A DNA stretch of 21,625 bases from the IMG/VR virus record IMGVR_UViG_2645727608_000013; one strand, given 5' to 3'. Source of the stretch: a virus (lineage: Duplodnaviria; Heunggongvirae; Uroviricota; Caudoviricetes). Both the position numbers and the translations under genes were made by a program. Shown piece by piece: positions 8,487-17,283 of the stretch. The notes under the pieces are model-generated. The model was not told the origin of the DNA. It did no database searches and was given only the letters and a program-made list of their open reading frames with translations. The stretch's first letter is position 1, and every line of letters starts with the position of its first letter.

Positions 8487-10577
8487 TTACACCTGTGCGA
8501 CGTTATACCATGTGCCATTAATGTATTTTTGTATTGGTCTGAATACTGCCGGATCATCGCCATCAACTTCGCCGACAATGCCAAGCCCTGTAATTACATG
8601 GCCTGATTTCTCATACATCACGCCTTTTTGCATGGTCTGAACAACACGCGTACCCAGGCGAACATCTTTCACATAGCGGGAATCAAAATTTCCGTAATCT
8701 GATGGGTTAACACGTCCAGTAACACTCAGACCATGCCCCATTGACACTCCGCCATTAGCGTTATTGATAGTCAGCGGCCTTAAACCGTTCCATGACCCAA
8801 ATTTATCGCCAGAGGCCGTCAGCATTAAATATGTGCTGCCACCATCATTCCTGATAAAGAATCCATAATTGCCATAAGCAATGCGCAGACCATTAGCACT
8901 GAGTGATGTAATTTCACCTCTAGAACGAAGACCATAAGCGGAGCTGAGTGATAATTCTTCCTGAGCGTCATAGTTTCCTGTCGCCCAGCGAATTACCCCG
9001 CCCTGTACTGTTTCATGCCAGATAGTGTCTCCTTCTCCACCACGAAACTTTCTGAGATATTTTTTGCCGCCTCTGGTGCCTGAACATAAGGCCGTAGACA
9101 TATAGGCATTCTGGCTTCCGCCATCCTGATTAATCGTTCCGGTCATTGCGTCGCCCTGACGATTCCAGTCACGACGCCAGCCGGGGGAGTAGCCGTCCCC
9201 ATGATTAATGTAAGTGAATTGCGCGCTGGTTGTACCGCCACCACTTGATGTTGTCGGCGTGGTCACTCGGATAGTGATTGCAGATTTAGTTCCCATGACC
9301 TCGACGACACAACCAGCCAGGTGGATATCACCACATCCGGTATCCGTAATGATTTTGTTATTTGCATATGACCAGGAGCCTTTGCACATCCAGTACGGAT
9401 GATTAAATGCACCACGGGAATCCAGCCATTCAATAAACTGAGCGGTTGTCCAGTTTCCGGCTTCAGTGCTCAAAGCGCCGCTAAAAGCACGACAGGCACC
9501 GATATTTTTCGTGAAGGTATCCTTTCCCGGAATATCCGCACCGTTCTGATCTTTCTGAAGACGTTTTTCAGCATTGTCATAGGCAGACTTCACCGCTTTT
9601 GGTGTTGCAGCCAGCGTTTCAGAATCGCTGTTGGTGGCGCTACTGAGCTGGACAAGACCTTTTCGCGCTGTGGTGGCATCCTGTGCAGTGTATTTCCCGT
9701 TAGCAAGGTCATACACTGTCTTAACCGCCTTTGGCGTTGCCGCAAGCGTTTCAGAATCGCTGTTGGTGACGCTACTGAGCTGGACAAGGCATTTTCGCGC
9801 TGTGGTGGCGTCCTGTGCAGTGTATTTCCCGTTAGCAAGGTCATATGCTGCCTTAACCGCTTTTGGTGTTGCGGCGAGCATTTCAGACGTGCTGTTGGTG
9901 GCACTACTGAGCTGGACAAGCCCTTTTCGCGCTGTGGTGGCGTCCTGTGCGGTATATTTCCCGTTAGCAAGGTCATAGGCGGCCTTTACCGCTTTCGGCG
10001 TTGCGGCCAGTGTTTCAGACGTGCTGTTGGTCGCGCTGCTTAACTGAGTAAAACCTTTTGCGGTCAGCGAGGCGTCCGGGTGACGTCGTGACTGTTCGTG
10101 CTCTGCAATTTTGTCATCAACATAATCCTGCGTTGCCATCACCGTTGTGGTGTCAATGGTCAGCTCCACTGAGGCCACACTGCTGACGATGATGACCATA
10201 CGGCAGGTCTGCGAACGCCCTGAGCCTTCGGCAAGAGCTGGCTTATAACTTTCGGCCATGTTCGCCACGGCAATTAACGTTCCCGCATCATCGTACAGGC
10301 CAAGCTCACGCATCCAGAAACCGCCCACCTCCGGCGGAATAACCAGCTCTGCGATAATATAATTACTGTTTCGTTTGTCCTGGCTGATTTTGTTCAGCGC
10401 ATGTCGCCAGACTTCATGGATAAGCCCGGTCTGTCCGGCATCCGGGACAGGCAATTTACCCCCGCCATCCCCGACGGCCATCGTGGTAATGTTGACCTTC
10501 CGCCCTCCCGGTGCGGTTGCCGCTGCCAGCTTTGCTGCACCGGCAGTGGTGATAACGGTTCTGAATTTTGTGCTCAT
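8487..10577 (-). CDS. H: Tail fibre protein (P2 gpH-like N-terminus, divergent C-terminal receptor-binding region, four internal tandem repeats)
   Basis: 696-aa ORF; N-terminal ~170 aa matches P2 gpH as I remember it (MSTKFRTVITTAGAAKLAAATAPGG...); C-terminal half differs from my memory of P2 H (669 aa). Confidence 0.85.
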   Translation of the reverse strand: MSTKFRTVITTAGAAKLAAATAPGGRKVNITTMAVGDGGGKLPVPDAGQTGLIHEVWRHALNKISQDKRNSNYIIAELVIPPEVGGFWMRELGLYDDAGTLIAVANMAESYKPALAEGSGRSQTCRMVIIVSSVASVELTIDTTTVMATQDYVDDKIAEHEQSRRHPDASLTAKGFTQLSSATNSTSETLAATPKAVKAAYDLANGKYTAQDATTARKGLVQLSSATNSTSEMLAATPKAVKAAYDLANGKYTAQDATTARKCLVQLSSVTNSDSETLAATPKAVKTVYDLANGKYTAQDATTARKGLVQLSSATNSDSETLAATPKAVKSAYDNAEKRLQKDQNGADIPGKDTFTKNIGACRAFSGALSTEAGNWTTAQFIEWLDSRGAFNHPYWMCKGSWSYANNKIITDTGCGDIHLAGCVVEVMGTKSAITIRVTTPTTSSGGGTTSAQFTYINHGDGYSPGWRRDWNRQGDAMTGTINQDGGSQNAYMSTALCSGTRGGKKYLRKFRGGEGDTIWHETVQGGVIRWATGNYDAQEELSLSSAYGLRSRGEITSLSANGLRIAYGNYGFFIRNDGGSTYLMLTASGDKFGSWNGLRPLTINNANGGVSMGHGLSVTGRVNPSDYGNFDSRYVKDVRLGTRVVQTMQKGVMYEKSGHVITGLGIVGEVDGDDPAVFRPIQKYINGTWYNVAQV
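9578..10060. repeat. Four tandem ~120-bp (40-aa) in-frame repeats inside tail fibre gene H
   Basis: Near-identical units visible in the nucleotide sequence, encoding repeats of ...QLSSATNS(T/D)SE(T/M)LAATPKAVKAAYDLANGKYTAQDATTARK...; the six-frame track shows repeated peptides in both strands over 9590..9978. Confidence 0.85.
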
Positions 10578-10587
10578 TATTCCTCAC

Positions 10588-11118
10588 TTATCCGGGGTAA
10601 ACCGTAATTACATCGCCGTCGTAAGCCACACCACCGGCGAACAGGTAGCCGGGAATGTCCCGGGTAATGTTCAGGCCAATAAGGTGACGGCTTGCAGGTT
10701 TGGCATCAGCAATCAGCCGTTCCATTTCCTGATACATTGCCTCTGTGATGCCGCTTTCCAGTACACCAATATCAAGCCGGAAGGTGCCGGGCGGGTCACT
10801 GTTTTCCCACCACTCCGTCACGTTGATGAGATAGCCGAGCGGCTCCACCACACGCCGGATTGCACCTATAGTGCCCTTATGACAGTGGATGAAATAGGCA
10901 TCGCGGATAACGGCGCGTTTTGTCGCTTCCGGCCACTTTTCATCCCACCTGTCGACCGAAAACGCCCACGCCAGCCACGGCAGCAGATTTGCCGGACAGG
11001 TGTCCGGGTTCCACAGCTCACGAATACTGACCGGTGTTTTTTCAATTTCCGCACAGGCTTTTGCGGCGGCGACCTCAAGCGGTGATGAGCCGGTCGGCAG
11101 CAGTCGCGAATCACTCAT
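10588..11118 (-). CDS. I: Baseplate protein I (P2 gpI-like)
   Basis: 176-aa ORF matching P2 gpI in length; between J and H. Confidence 0.85.
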   Translation of the reverse strand: MSDSRLLPTGSSPLEVAAAKACAEIEKTPVSIRELWNPDTCPANLLPWLAWAFSVDRWDEKWPEATKRAVIRDAYFIHCHKGTIGAIRRVVEPLGYLINVTEWWENSDPPGTFRLDIGVLESGITEAMYQEMERLIADAKPASRHLIGLNITRDIPGYLFAGGVAYDGDVITVYPG

Positions 11119-12019
11119 CCGAGCCTCCGGTCACGACGCGGTATTCGGTACAGAAAGACGCCTGCGTACTGTTGAGCACGATGTCGGCCAGTGGTGCAGC
11201 CAGTTCGACACGCTGCACACCTTCCACATGCAAAGCGGCATAAATGGCAGACAGACGGATGTCGCGCCCCAGCCGGTGCTGTGCCGTGATATATGCTTCC
11301 AGTTTTTTCACGGCGGCCGCGCGGATGGGTTCGCTTTCGGGACCAGGGTAAAGGTAAAGCGTGGCGTTTATCTGGTATTCAACAATGGCGGCAGACTGCA
11401 CGGTCACGCGGTCGGCCACCGGTCTGACGTCCTCGCCATTAAGGGCGTTACGCACCACGGCCAGCAGGTCTTCGGATGCGACGCCGTTATTTTCACGTGA
11501 CAGCACAGAGATGGTGACGCAGGCCGGAGACGGACTGGTGACAGAGATATCCGCGACGCGCCCGTCGGCACTGCGACCATGATACTGATAGGCACCCACC
11601 GACCCGGCGACGCTTAAACCCTCAAACGCCTGCTGAATACGCAGACGATAATCGGTGTCAGACTCCATCACTGCCGGTGTCGGCGGGATGGTCGAATCAT
11701 CTGCCGGGGTGATAATCAGGCGCGTGGTGTTGTAATTGGCACCAATCACATCAAGGTCATTACCGGCGGCACAGGCCAGCATTACCGCCCGTGCGGCCTC
11801 ATTCACACGCTGACGCCAGATAAGCTCACGATAAGCATTTTCCTCCAGCAGTTTGAGGAGAGGCTCGGATTCCAGCGTCAGGGTACGGGCAACCGCCTCC
11901 TGCTGGTCTTCCGGGTAAAGGGAAATCAGTGTCGCCTTGCGTTCGGCAAGAATGGTTTCAAAGTCCAGCTCCTCGACCACATCCGGTGCGGGTAGCTGGT
12001 TCAGGTCGATAATCGGCAT
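11111..12019 (-). CDS. J: Baseplate assembly protein J (P2 gpJ-like)
   Basis: 302-aa ORF matching P2 gpJ in length; overlaps the I start by 8 nt. Confidence 0.85.
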   Translation of the reverse strand: MPIIDLNQLPAPDVVEELDFETILAERKATLISLYPEDQQEAVARTLTLESEPLLKLLEENAYRELIWRQRVNEAARAVMLACAAGNDLDVIGANYNTTRLIITPADDSTIPPTPAVMESDTDYRLRIQQAFEGLSVAGSVGAYQYHGRSADGRVADISVTSPSPACVTISVLSRENNGVASEDLLAVVRNALNGEDVRPVADRVTVQSAAIVEYQINATLYLYPGPESEPIRAAAVKKLEAYITAQHRLGRDIRLSAIYAALHVEGVQRVELAAPLADIVLNSTQASFCTEYRVVTGGSDE

Positions 12020-12023
12020 GGTT

Positions 12024-12371
12024 TCAACTCACAGGGATGGTTAACGAAAGTGGCTGGCCAGTGTCGTTGTGCTGGCCGGTTAACGTGACCGTCATTCGCC
12101 CGTCAAAACTGCGCTCAGTGGTGACGGATGACAGGGTGACGCGGGGTTCCCATTTCAGCACTGCCATGTAACAGGCGACCTTAATCTGCAACTCAAGCGC
12201 CGGAGTCTGCGGCTGGTCAATCATTGACGCCAGCAACGAGCCGTAATCACGACGCATCACCCGTGAGCCGACCGGTGTGCACAGGATATCGCCGATACTC
12301 TGGCTGATATGTTCAAGGTCAGTGACAGTCAGGCCATCACTGCGATTCATTCCGAGATAACGCGCTGTCAT
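12024..12371 (-). CDS. W: Baseplate protein W (P2 gpW-like, T4 gp25-like)
   Basis: 115-aa ORF matching P2 gpW in length; overlaps the V stop by 4 nt. Confidence 0.85.
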   Translation of the reverse strand: MTARYLGMNRSDGLTVTDLEHISQSIGDILCTPVGSRVMRRDYGSLLASMIDQPQTPALELQIKVACYMAVLKWEPRVTLSSVTTERSFDGRMTVTLTGQHNDTGQPLSLTIPVS

Positions 12372-13003
12372 AGAGGACTCCCGGTTGTGCCGCCGCTGTC
12401 GCCGGGGTGTTTATGGGTATGCAGTACCTTACCGTTTGATGAGAGTTCACCGCCGGTGTGTTCAATGTTGCCGCGCATCGTCCCGCCCTTCTGCACTTCC
12501 AGCGTGCCGGTAGTCAGCTTGTTAGTGCAGACCACTTCCGGTGTGTCCAGGGTGACGCGGGTTGATGCTTTCACCGTGACCACCGGCACCGTGGCAGTAA
12601 CAGAATCAGAAGCCGTCACGCTGGCCGTTTTAATTCCGCTTACCGTGAGTACACTGGTTTCAGGTTCATACTCAATCACCGCCCCGTCAGGGAAACGGAT
12701 ATGCAGGGCATCCGCCGACGCAGACGGTGCGGGGTTATCGCCGGAATAAATCCCCGGCAGAACGAACGCCGTGTCGAGTTCACCGCCCACGGCCAGAATC
12801 AGCACCTGTTCCCCCACGGAAGGTGCCCACCATGTGCGCGAACGTCCGGCGCGATGAGTCAGCCACTGAAGCCAGTCGGTGCACATGCCGCCGGTCTGCA
12901 CACGGCAGCGACCGGCATTAAGGTCGGTTTCGACGACAAGGCCGGTGCGGATCATGTTGCGCAGTGCGCGCGCGATTTCCTGAATATTTGCGAGAGTGTT
13001 CAT
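12368..13003 (-). CDS. V: Baseplate spike protein V (P2 gpV-like)
   Basis: 211-aa ORF matching P2 gpV in length; first gene of the V-W-J-I-H-G block. Confidence 0.85.
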   Translation of the reverse strand: MNTLANIQEIARALRNMIRTGLVVETDLNAGRCRVQTGGMCTDWLQWLTHRAGRSRTWWAPSVGEQVLILAVGGELDTAFVLPGIYSGDNPAPSASADALHIRFPDGAVIEYEPETSVLTVSGIKTASVTASDSVTATVPVVTVKASTRVTLDTPEVVCTNKLTTGTLEVQKGGTMRGNIEHTGGELSSNGKVLHTHKHPGDSGGTTGSPL

Positions 13004-13069
13004 AACGGGAAGGATGCCGCCGGGTCATACCGGCGGCAATGTGACGATGAGGTGTCGGGAATGGCACAA

Positions 13070-13522
13070 CTAACGGTCGAGGTGAGCCAGGATAATCTCT
13101 TCAATCATCTGCACATCCTCACCGGTAAAGCCGAGCAGAGGACGCGCCGGATAATCAATTTTCTTACCGTCTTTCCGGGTTTCTTCCGACAGACCGAACT
13201 GATGCACACTGGCTATTTTCGGTGACTTCCCGCCGTAAAACTCCATTGATGCCTGTTCAGGGCTGGCGCGGATATGCAAAAAACGACTGGTGATAAGTTT
13301 CGCAAACATTTTTCGTTTAACGCGACCGGTCTTTTTTCTGGCGCTCTGCTGCTGGCGTGGTGCGTAGGGTGTGCCGTCCGGGGCTTTCTGTGCCATCACC
13401 CGGCGCTGCTGACTCTGCCACAGACGTTTCGCCAGTTCGGTACTCAGTCGCCGACGCCCTGACGGTGACAGCGATTCAATCAGTCCGGTCAGCCGGTCTT
13501 CAAAACGCTTAAACTCATTCAT
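13070..13522 (-). CDS. S: Tail completion protein S (P2 gpS-like)
   Basis: 150-aa ORF matching P2 gpS in length; downstream of R. Confidence 0.85.
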   Translation of the reverse strand: MNEFKRFEDRLTGLIESLSPSGRRRLSTELAKRLWQSQQRRVMAQKAPDGTPYAPRQQQSARKKTGRVKRKMFAKLITSRFLHIRASPEQASMEFYGGKSPKIASVHQFGLSEETRKDGKKIDYPARPLLGFTGEDVQMIEEIILAHLDR

Positions 13523-13982
13523 CCCACTCGCTCACCAGTTCGCCATTGATATAAAGCTCCACCGGGCGGGTGACCGGCTCCGGCGGCGGGGGTTCCGGGA
13601 TATTCTTCACATGCAGCGCACCGTCAACCTCGCTGACCAGCGTGCGCTCGGTCAGCATCAGACTGATGCTGATATCAAAGCTGCTGTCATTGTTGATGTC
13701 TGCATAAAACGTGAAGCCCTTTTTCTGACCTTCGTCAGTGGTCATGATGTCGGGCTGATTTTCCCGCAGCCACGCCAGCACCGGCACGATGAGCAGGTCA
13801 AAATCACCGGTAAAGTCGGTCACAATCACATTGAGCGTGTAACGCTTTTCGAACGACAGCGACGTCGCCAGCGTGGAGGCAATACTCCCGTTATCCACGA
13901 ATATCCGAAGCATCTCTGGACTGGTTTTCAGCACCGTGACGGCATCAGTCAGCGCCCTGCGCAGGCTGTCGGGTTTGAGCAT
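13515..13982 (-). CDS. R: Tail completion protein R (P2 gpR-like)
   Basis: 155-aa ORF matching P2 gpR in length. Confidence 0.85.
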   Translation of the reverse strand: MLKPDSLRRALTDAVTVLKTSPEMLRIFVDNGSIASTLATSLSFEKRYTLNVIVTDFTGDFDLLIVPVLAWLRENQPDIMTTDEGQKKGFTFYADINNDSSFDISISLMLTERTLVSEVDGALHVKNIPEPPPPEPVTRPVELYINGELVSEWDE

Positions 13983-14235
13983 CGTTTTCGTCCTGACAGT
14001 GTTTAATCATTTTTACCTGGCTGGCACAGCGCGCCAGCGCGTTCTCAAGCTGCCGGATATCGGCACTTAAATCACCGTTCGTCTCCGGGTCGCTGCCCGG
14101 CATCGGGCAAAGACTCACTTTCGGGCAGGCGTTGTGGACAATCACTGGCGTCGGTGCAGGCGGGGCGCTGGTGCAACCGGCGCACAGCATCAGGCAGGTC
14201 AGCGCCGTACCAGCGGCGAAAATCTTCGTTTTCAT
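13945..14235 (-). CDS. lysC: Outer-membrane lipoprotein spanin LysC (Rz1-like), in the +1 frame, starting inside lysB
   Basis: Internal ATG at 14233..14235 begins MKTKIFAAGTALTCLMLCAGC..., a lipoprotein signal with lipobox cysteine, giving 96 aa, the length of P2 LysC; the 135-aa track ORF is an upstream in-frame extension. Confidence 0.75.
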   Translation of the reverse strand: MKTKIFAAGTALTCLMLCAGCTSAPPAPTPVIVHNACPKVSLCPMPGSDPETNGDLSADIRQLENALARCASQVKMIKHCQDENDAQTRQPAQGAD

Positions 14236-14515
14236 TAAGTAACCTCGTGATGGTTTTCTCGCGCTGTGCTTCACGCTTCGCGGCTTTCTCCAGTTCCTGA
14301 CGCAGAGCCACCTGCGCCAGCTCGTTTTTGTCTGCCCTGGTGAGCGCAACATGAAGCTGATTTTTCAGCATGGTGATGGTCGTCTGCTGTTCACTGGCGA
14401 CACTGTTCGCCCTGTCCAGCGAGGCGCGCAGGCTGGCATTTTTATGTTTCACCAGAAACAGACCGGCCACCGCCAGTGATAACAACACAACCAGCACAGT
14501 CATCAGCCTTGACAT
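14072..14515 (-). CDS. lysB: Inner-membrane spanin LysB (Rz-like)
   Basis: 147-aa ORF with an N-terminal transmembrane segment (MSRLMTVLVVLLSLAVAGLFLV) and a charged coiled-coil-like region; sits between lysA and R as in P2. Confidence 0.8.
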   Translation of the reverse strand: MSRLMTVLVVLLSLAVAGLFLVKHKNASLRASLDRANSVASEQQTTITMLKNQLHVALTRADKNELAQVALRQELEKAAKREAQREKTITRLLNENEDFRRWYGADLPDAVRRLHQRPACTDASDCPQRLPESESLPDAGQRPGDER

Positions 14516-14928
14516 GGTTCCCGCCCCTCAAAACGCTGACAGCAGGCCGTACGTATCAGCCGGAAGAACACCGATGCCACAAGATAAATCAGCGCGGTAA
14601 AAATCCACCCGGCAGCGACCAGCGAGATAAACGTCGCCACCACCACTACCAGAGCCACTGCCCGTCTGCGCCACGGCACCGGCTGCAAAAACAGCGACGT
14701 GACAATCTTCATGGCCAGCGATTCCGGCGGCAGCTCCCGCCCGTAGCGTTCCAGTACATACTCCGTGGCATACACGCCGACACCACCGGCAACCACACAG
14801 ATAACCGTCGCCAGAATCGCCCAGGCGGCGACAAAACTGACGGCCACGCTCTGCGGGTAAATCAGGGACAGTGCCAGCATCATCGCCAGCGACACGTTCA
14901 GCATCAGTGAAAGGGATAATTTCTTCAT
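14503..14928 (-). CDS. lysA: Lysis timing membrane protein LysA (P2 lysA-like)
   Basis: 141-aa ORF with multiple hydrophobic segments, same length as P2 LysA; downstream of endolysin K. Confidence 0.8.
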   Translation of the reverse strand: MKKLSLSLMLNVSLAMMLALSLIYPQSVAVSFVAAWAILATVICVVAGGVGVYATEYVLERYGRELPPESLAMKIVTSLFLQPVPWRRRAVALVVVVATFISLVAAGWIFTALIYLVASVFFRLIRTACCQRFEGREPCQG

Positions 14929-14942
14929 GGTGTTTACTCCGT

Positions 14943-15440
14943 TTAAGCCGGTACGCCGCCGGCGGTACGCCAGACGGTGACCAGTTTTTCCAGTGGATGC
15001 TCACGCTGACCGTAACCGGCTCCCGGCAGGGACGCCCAGATATTGCGACAGCGTGAAATGGCGCGCTCAATGCGTCCCTCCCGGATGTCATCCAGTGCAC
15101 CGCGTTCGCGGATCAACTGAATGGCAAGTCTGTCCTGTGACAACGGACTGAAATCCGGCAGGGCAAGCTGTTTGCGGTAGTGCGGCCAGAACAGGTAAAG
15201 CTGCTGATAGCGACCGGAAGCCGTGGATTTTTCACCGCGACGGTTAAACACCTTCGCCGGTCGGCCATGCGCGAACGGGTGGTCACTGTAGTCGGTGAAT
15301 ATTTCCGGCTTTCCGTCCAGTCCGGTGACTATCACGTCATAGCCCCGGTTTTTCGTCAGCGGGTGATTCGCCGTCCCTTCGGACACGGCCAGCATGTCGA
15401 GAAAGGCGGCGATATTCTGATGCGTGTTAATTACCGGCAT
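14943..15440 (-). CDS. K: Endolysin (P2 gpK-like lysozyme)
   Basis: 165-aa ORF matching P2 gpK in length; start overlaps the Y stop by 1 nt. Confidence 0.85.
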   Translation of the reverse strand: MPVINTHQNIAAFLDMLAVSEGTANHPLTKNRGYDVIVTGLDGKPEIFTDYSDHPFAHGRPAKVFNRRGEKSTASGRYQQLYLFWPHYRKQLALPDFSPLSQDRLAIQLIRERGALDDIREGRIERAISRCRNIWASLPGAGYGQREHPLEKLVTVWRTAGGVPA

Positions 15441-15721
15441 TACGGTTTCCCCCTGCCCTTAAAGCGGCGCTGAATGGCAATCTCAATCACCTGATAACCG
15501 GCGATACCCAGCATGGAGCCGATGCCGCACACCGCAGGCAGTGACAGGTCAGGAAACTGCACCAGAACAACACCGGCAACCATCGAGACAAAACCACCGA
15601 GCAACATGCGCCCGATAAACAGACGCGGGGTGATGGGTTCACCACCGGCAAGCACCTTGCCGACAACAATCAGCACCCCAATCATGAAAAGCGACAGGAC
15701 GCTTTTTTCTTCTGCTGTCAT
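15440..15721 (-). CDS. Y: Holin (P2 gpY-like)
   Basis: 93-aa ORF with hydrophobic segments and a basic C-terminus (RRFKGRGKP), same length as P2 gpY. Confidence 0.85.
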   Translation of the reverse strand: MTAEEKSVLSLFMIGVLIVVGKVLAGGEPITPRLFIGRMLLGGFVSMVAGVVLVQFPDLSLPAVCGIGSMLGIAGYQVIEIAIQRRFKGRGKP

Positions 15722-15724
15722 GCG

Positions 15725-15928
15725 TTACTCCCACAGATTGACAGTTTCAGCCACGGGCGCGGTCTGAACGTCGGGCAGTTCGACGGCGGTGCCGTGTGGC
15801 AGCACCGCACCCAGTTCAGCCAGTCCCGGATTTGCGGCGAGCACGGTCTCAACCACGCCCTCAGTGCGCCCGTAATACCGGACACAAATGGCGTCGAGCG
15901 TGTCGCCCTGTAGCGCAAAGGTCTTCAT
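15725..15928 (-). CDS. X: Tail protein X (P2 gpX-like, LysM-like)
   Basis: Internal ATG at 15926..15928 gives a 67-aa product MKTFALQGDTLDAICVRYYGRTEG..., the size of P2 gpX; this ATG overlaps the L stop (ATGA). The 90-aa track ORF is an upstream extension. Confidence 0.8.
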   Translation of the reverse strand: MKTFALQGDTLDAICVRYYGRTEGVVETVLAANPGLAELGAVLPHGTAVELPDVQTAPVAETVNLWE

Positions 15929-16437
15929 CAGATTTGACTCACGATGCAGCGCGGCTTGTCCTGGATGCGCGCCACTGCCCAGCGCATATCCCGCCACAGC
16001 TCATCAATGGTGCTGTCAATGCTGTCGGCCTTCTTGTCGCCTTTCGCACTGGCATCCACGCCGCGGTAACGCTCATAAAGCGACGCGGTCGCCATCGCAC
16101 ACACGGCGCGCTCGTAGTAAAAAACTTTGATGCTTTCACCGTCGATGTCGTCCGCCGGGACGTCCGCCAGACGCGTAAAACCGGCGGCAATTTTCTGTTC
16201 GCGGTACTCGTACAGCTCCGCATTTGTTTCCGCCATGCCTGACTTGATGGCCTCACGCAGACGGGCGGGGGCGACGGTCTGCTCAAGGCGCATACGTTCC
16301 CGGACGCGCTTCGGGTCGATATCGGGAAAAAAGAACGTGTTTTTAATCACCGGCTCGTCGCCTGCCGGTTGCGGGATGACCACCGTACCCTCACCGGACA
16401 CGGGAGCCTCCTTTCGCGGAATAATCAGCGTCATCAT
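15928..16437 (-). CDS. L: Head completion protein L (P2 gpL-like)
   Basis: Start at the ATGATG at 16432..16437 gives 169 aa (MMTLIIPRKEAPVSGEG...), the size of P2 gpL, with GAGG 8 nt upstream; the 189-aa track ORF is an upstream extension. Confidence 0.8.
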   Translation of the reverse strand: MMTLIIPRKEAPVSGEGTVVIPQPAGDEPVIKNTFFFPDIDPKRVRERMRLEQTVAPARLREAIKSGMAETNAELYEYREQKIAAGFTRLADVPADDIDGESIKVFYYERAVCAMATASLYERYRGVDASAKGDKKADSIDSTIDELWRDMRWAVARIQDKPRCIVSQI

Positions 16438-16536
16438 GACTACCTCTGAAAAGTCGGGCGGTGGACGCCGGTGCAGTGTCAGGTGATTCACCCTCACTGA
16501 CCGGCGTGCCGCCCTGGCGCGGGGCGCATTCGGTTG

Positions 16537-17280
16537 TTAACTGGCTTTCTTTTTCGGGCGTCCACGTTTTGCCGGTGTCACGCTCCGTGTCTTACGCGGG
16601 GCGCGGGTGACCGCTTTGGGCTGCGGCTCCGGCTTCGGTTTCAGCTCCCGCTCCAGTCGTTCAATCTCTTTTTTGACGCCTGCCTGACAGTCGAGCTGTG
16701 TCGCACGTTGCAGGTGCGCCAGCGCACCGGCGGCATCACCAGCGTCACGCAGAAACAGACCGGTGATTTTGTGCAGCTTTGCGCGCACTTCATCAGGCAT
16801 GTCAGCCGTGGCGGTCAGTTCGAGGGTCTCCGTCAGCAGGCGGGTATCCACAGACTCACCGGCAGCGTGAGCACGCATGGCCGCGAGCGCCACCTCCTCG
16901 GTGAACATGTACGGCGGGGTGCGGCGGTGTTTACCCGGCATGGTCAGACCGTACTTCAGGGCGTAACGGGCAATCTCCAGCGCACCGGCAATATCGCCGG
17001 TATCCAGACGCCACAGCATGACCGTCATCAGAATGTCATCCTGTGCGCCTTTGCCCTGCTCCAGCACGCCGTTCACCCACGGCAACCAGAACGGCAGCAG
17101 TTCGCGCTTTTTCGCGGCCTTCAGCTCTTTTGAATAAATCGTTTTCAGTGTGCGCTGGTCTGCGGCGAGCTTAACCAGCATCTGCTCATAGACAGTTGCA
17201 TGTCGCAGCGGGGCGGCTTCCCGCTGCGCGGTCATCGCTGCCGAGACCCGCATCATGTGGCGCTGTGCGGGACTCGTCAT
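16537..17280 (-). CDS. M: Terminase small (endonuclease) subunit M (P2 gpM-like)
   Basis: 247-aa ORF matching P2 gpM in length, with a basic C-terminal tail; downstream of N. Confidence 0.85.
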   Translation of the reverse strand: MTSPAQRHMMRVSAAMTAQREAAPLRHATVYEQMLVKLAADQRTLKTIYSKELKAAKKRELLPFWLPWVNGVLEQGKGAQDDILMTVMLWRLDTGDIAGALEIARYALKYGLTMPGKHRRTPPYMFTEEVALAAMRAHAAGESVDTRLLTETLELTATADMPDEVRAKLHKITGLFLRDAGDAAGALAHLQRATQLDCQAGVKKEIERLERELKPKPEPQPKAVTRAPRKTRSVTPAKRGRPKKKAS

Positions 17281-17283
17281 CGG

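Noticed and set aside
9578-10060. Tandem repeats that could be mistaken for a CRISPR array or minisatellite
   Set aside because: The units are ~120 bp, contiguous with no spacers, in frame, and encode a repeated peptide within tail fibre H; they are coding repeats.
13053-13068. Possible Ogr-type site upstream of V (TGT-N10-ACA at 13053..13068)
   Set aside because: Spacing is N10, not the N12 of the late-promoter consensus as I remember it, so I did not annotate it.
14528-15100. 190-aa minus-strand ORF overlapping K and lysA in another frame
   Set aside because: It overlaps two well-supported genes entirely and has a Gly/Arg/Cys-rich low-complexity product; spurious.
15929-16497. Longer N-terminal versions of L (189 aa from 16497), X (90 aa from 15997) and LysC (135 aa from 14352) as given by the ORF track
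   Set aside because: The internal ATGs give products of exactly the P2 sizes (169, 67 and 96 aa), have better Shine-Dalgarno or overlap contexts, and the extensions overlap upstream genes.
220-17133. Many plus-strand ORFs of 60-236 aa overlapping the minus-strand phage genes (for example 545..1117, 1935..2624, 2658..3092, 9399..10043, 10375..11085, 12701..13225, 15796..16242, 16534..17133)
   Set aside because: They lie antisense to well-supported P2 late genes in GC-rich DNA where stop codons are rare; their products are low-complexity Arg/Ser/Cys/Pro-rich, lack ribosome-binding sites, and do not resemble any P2 protein I know.
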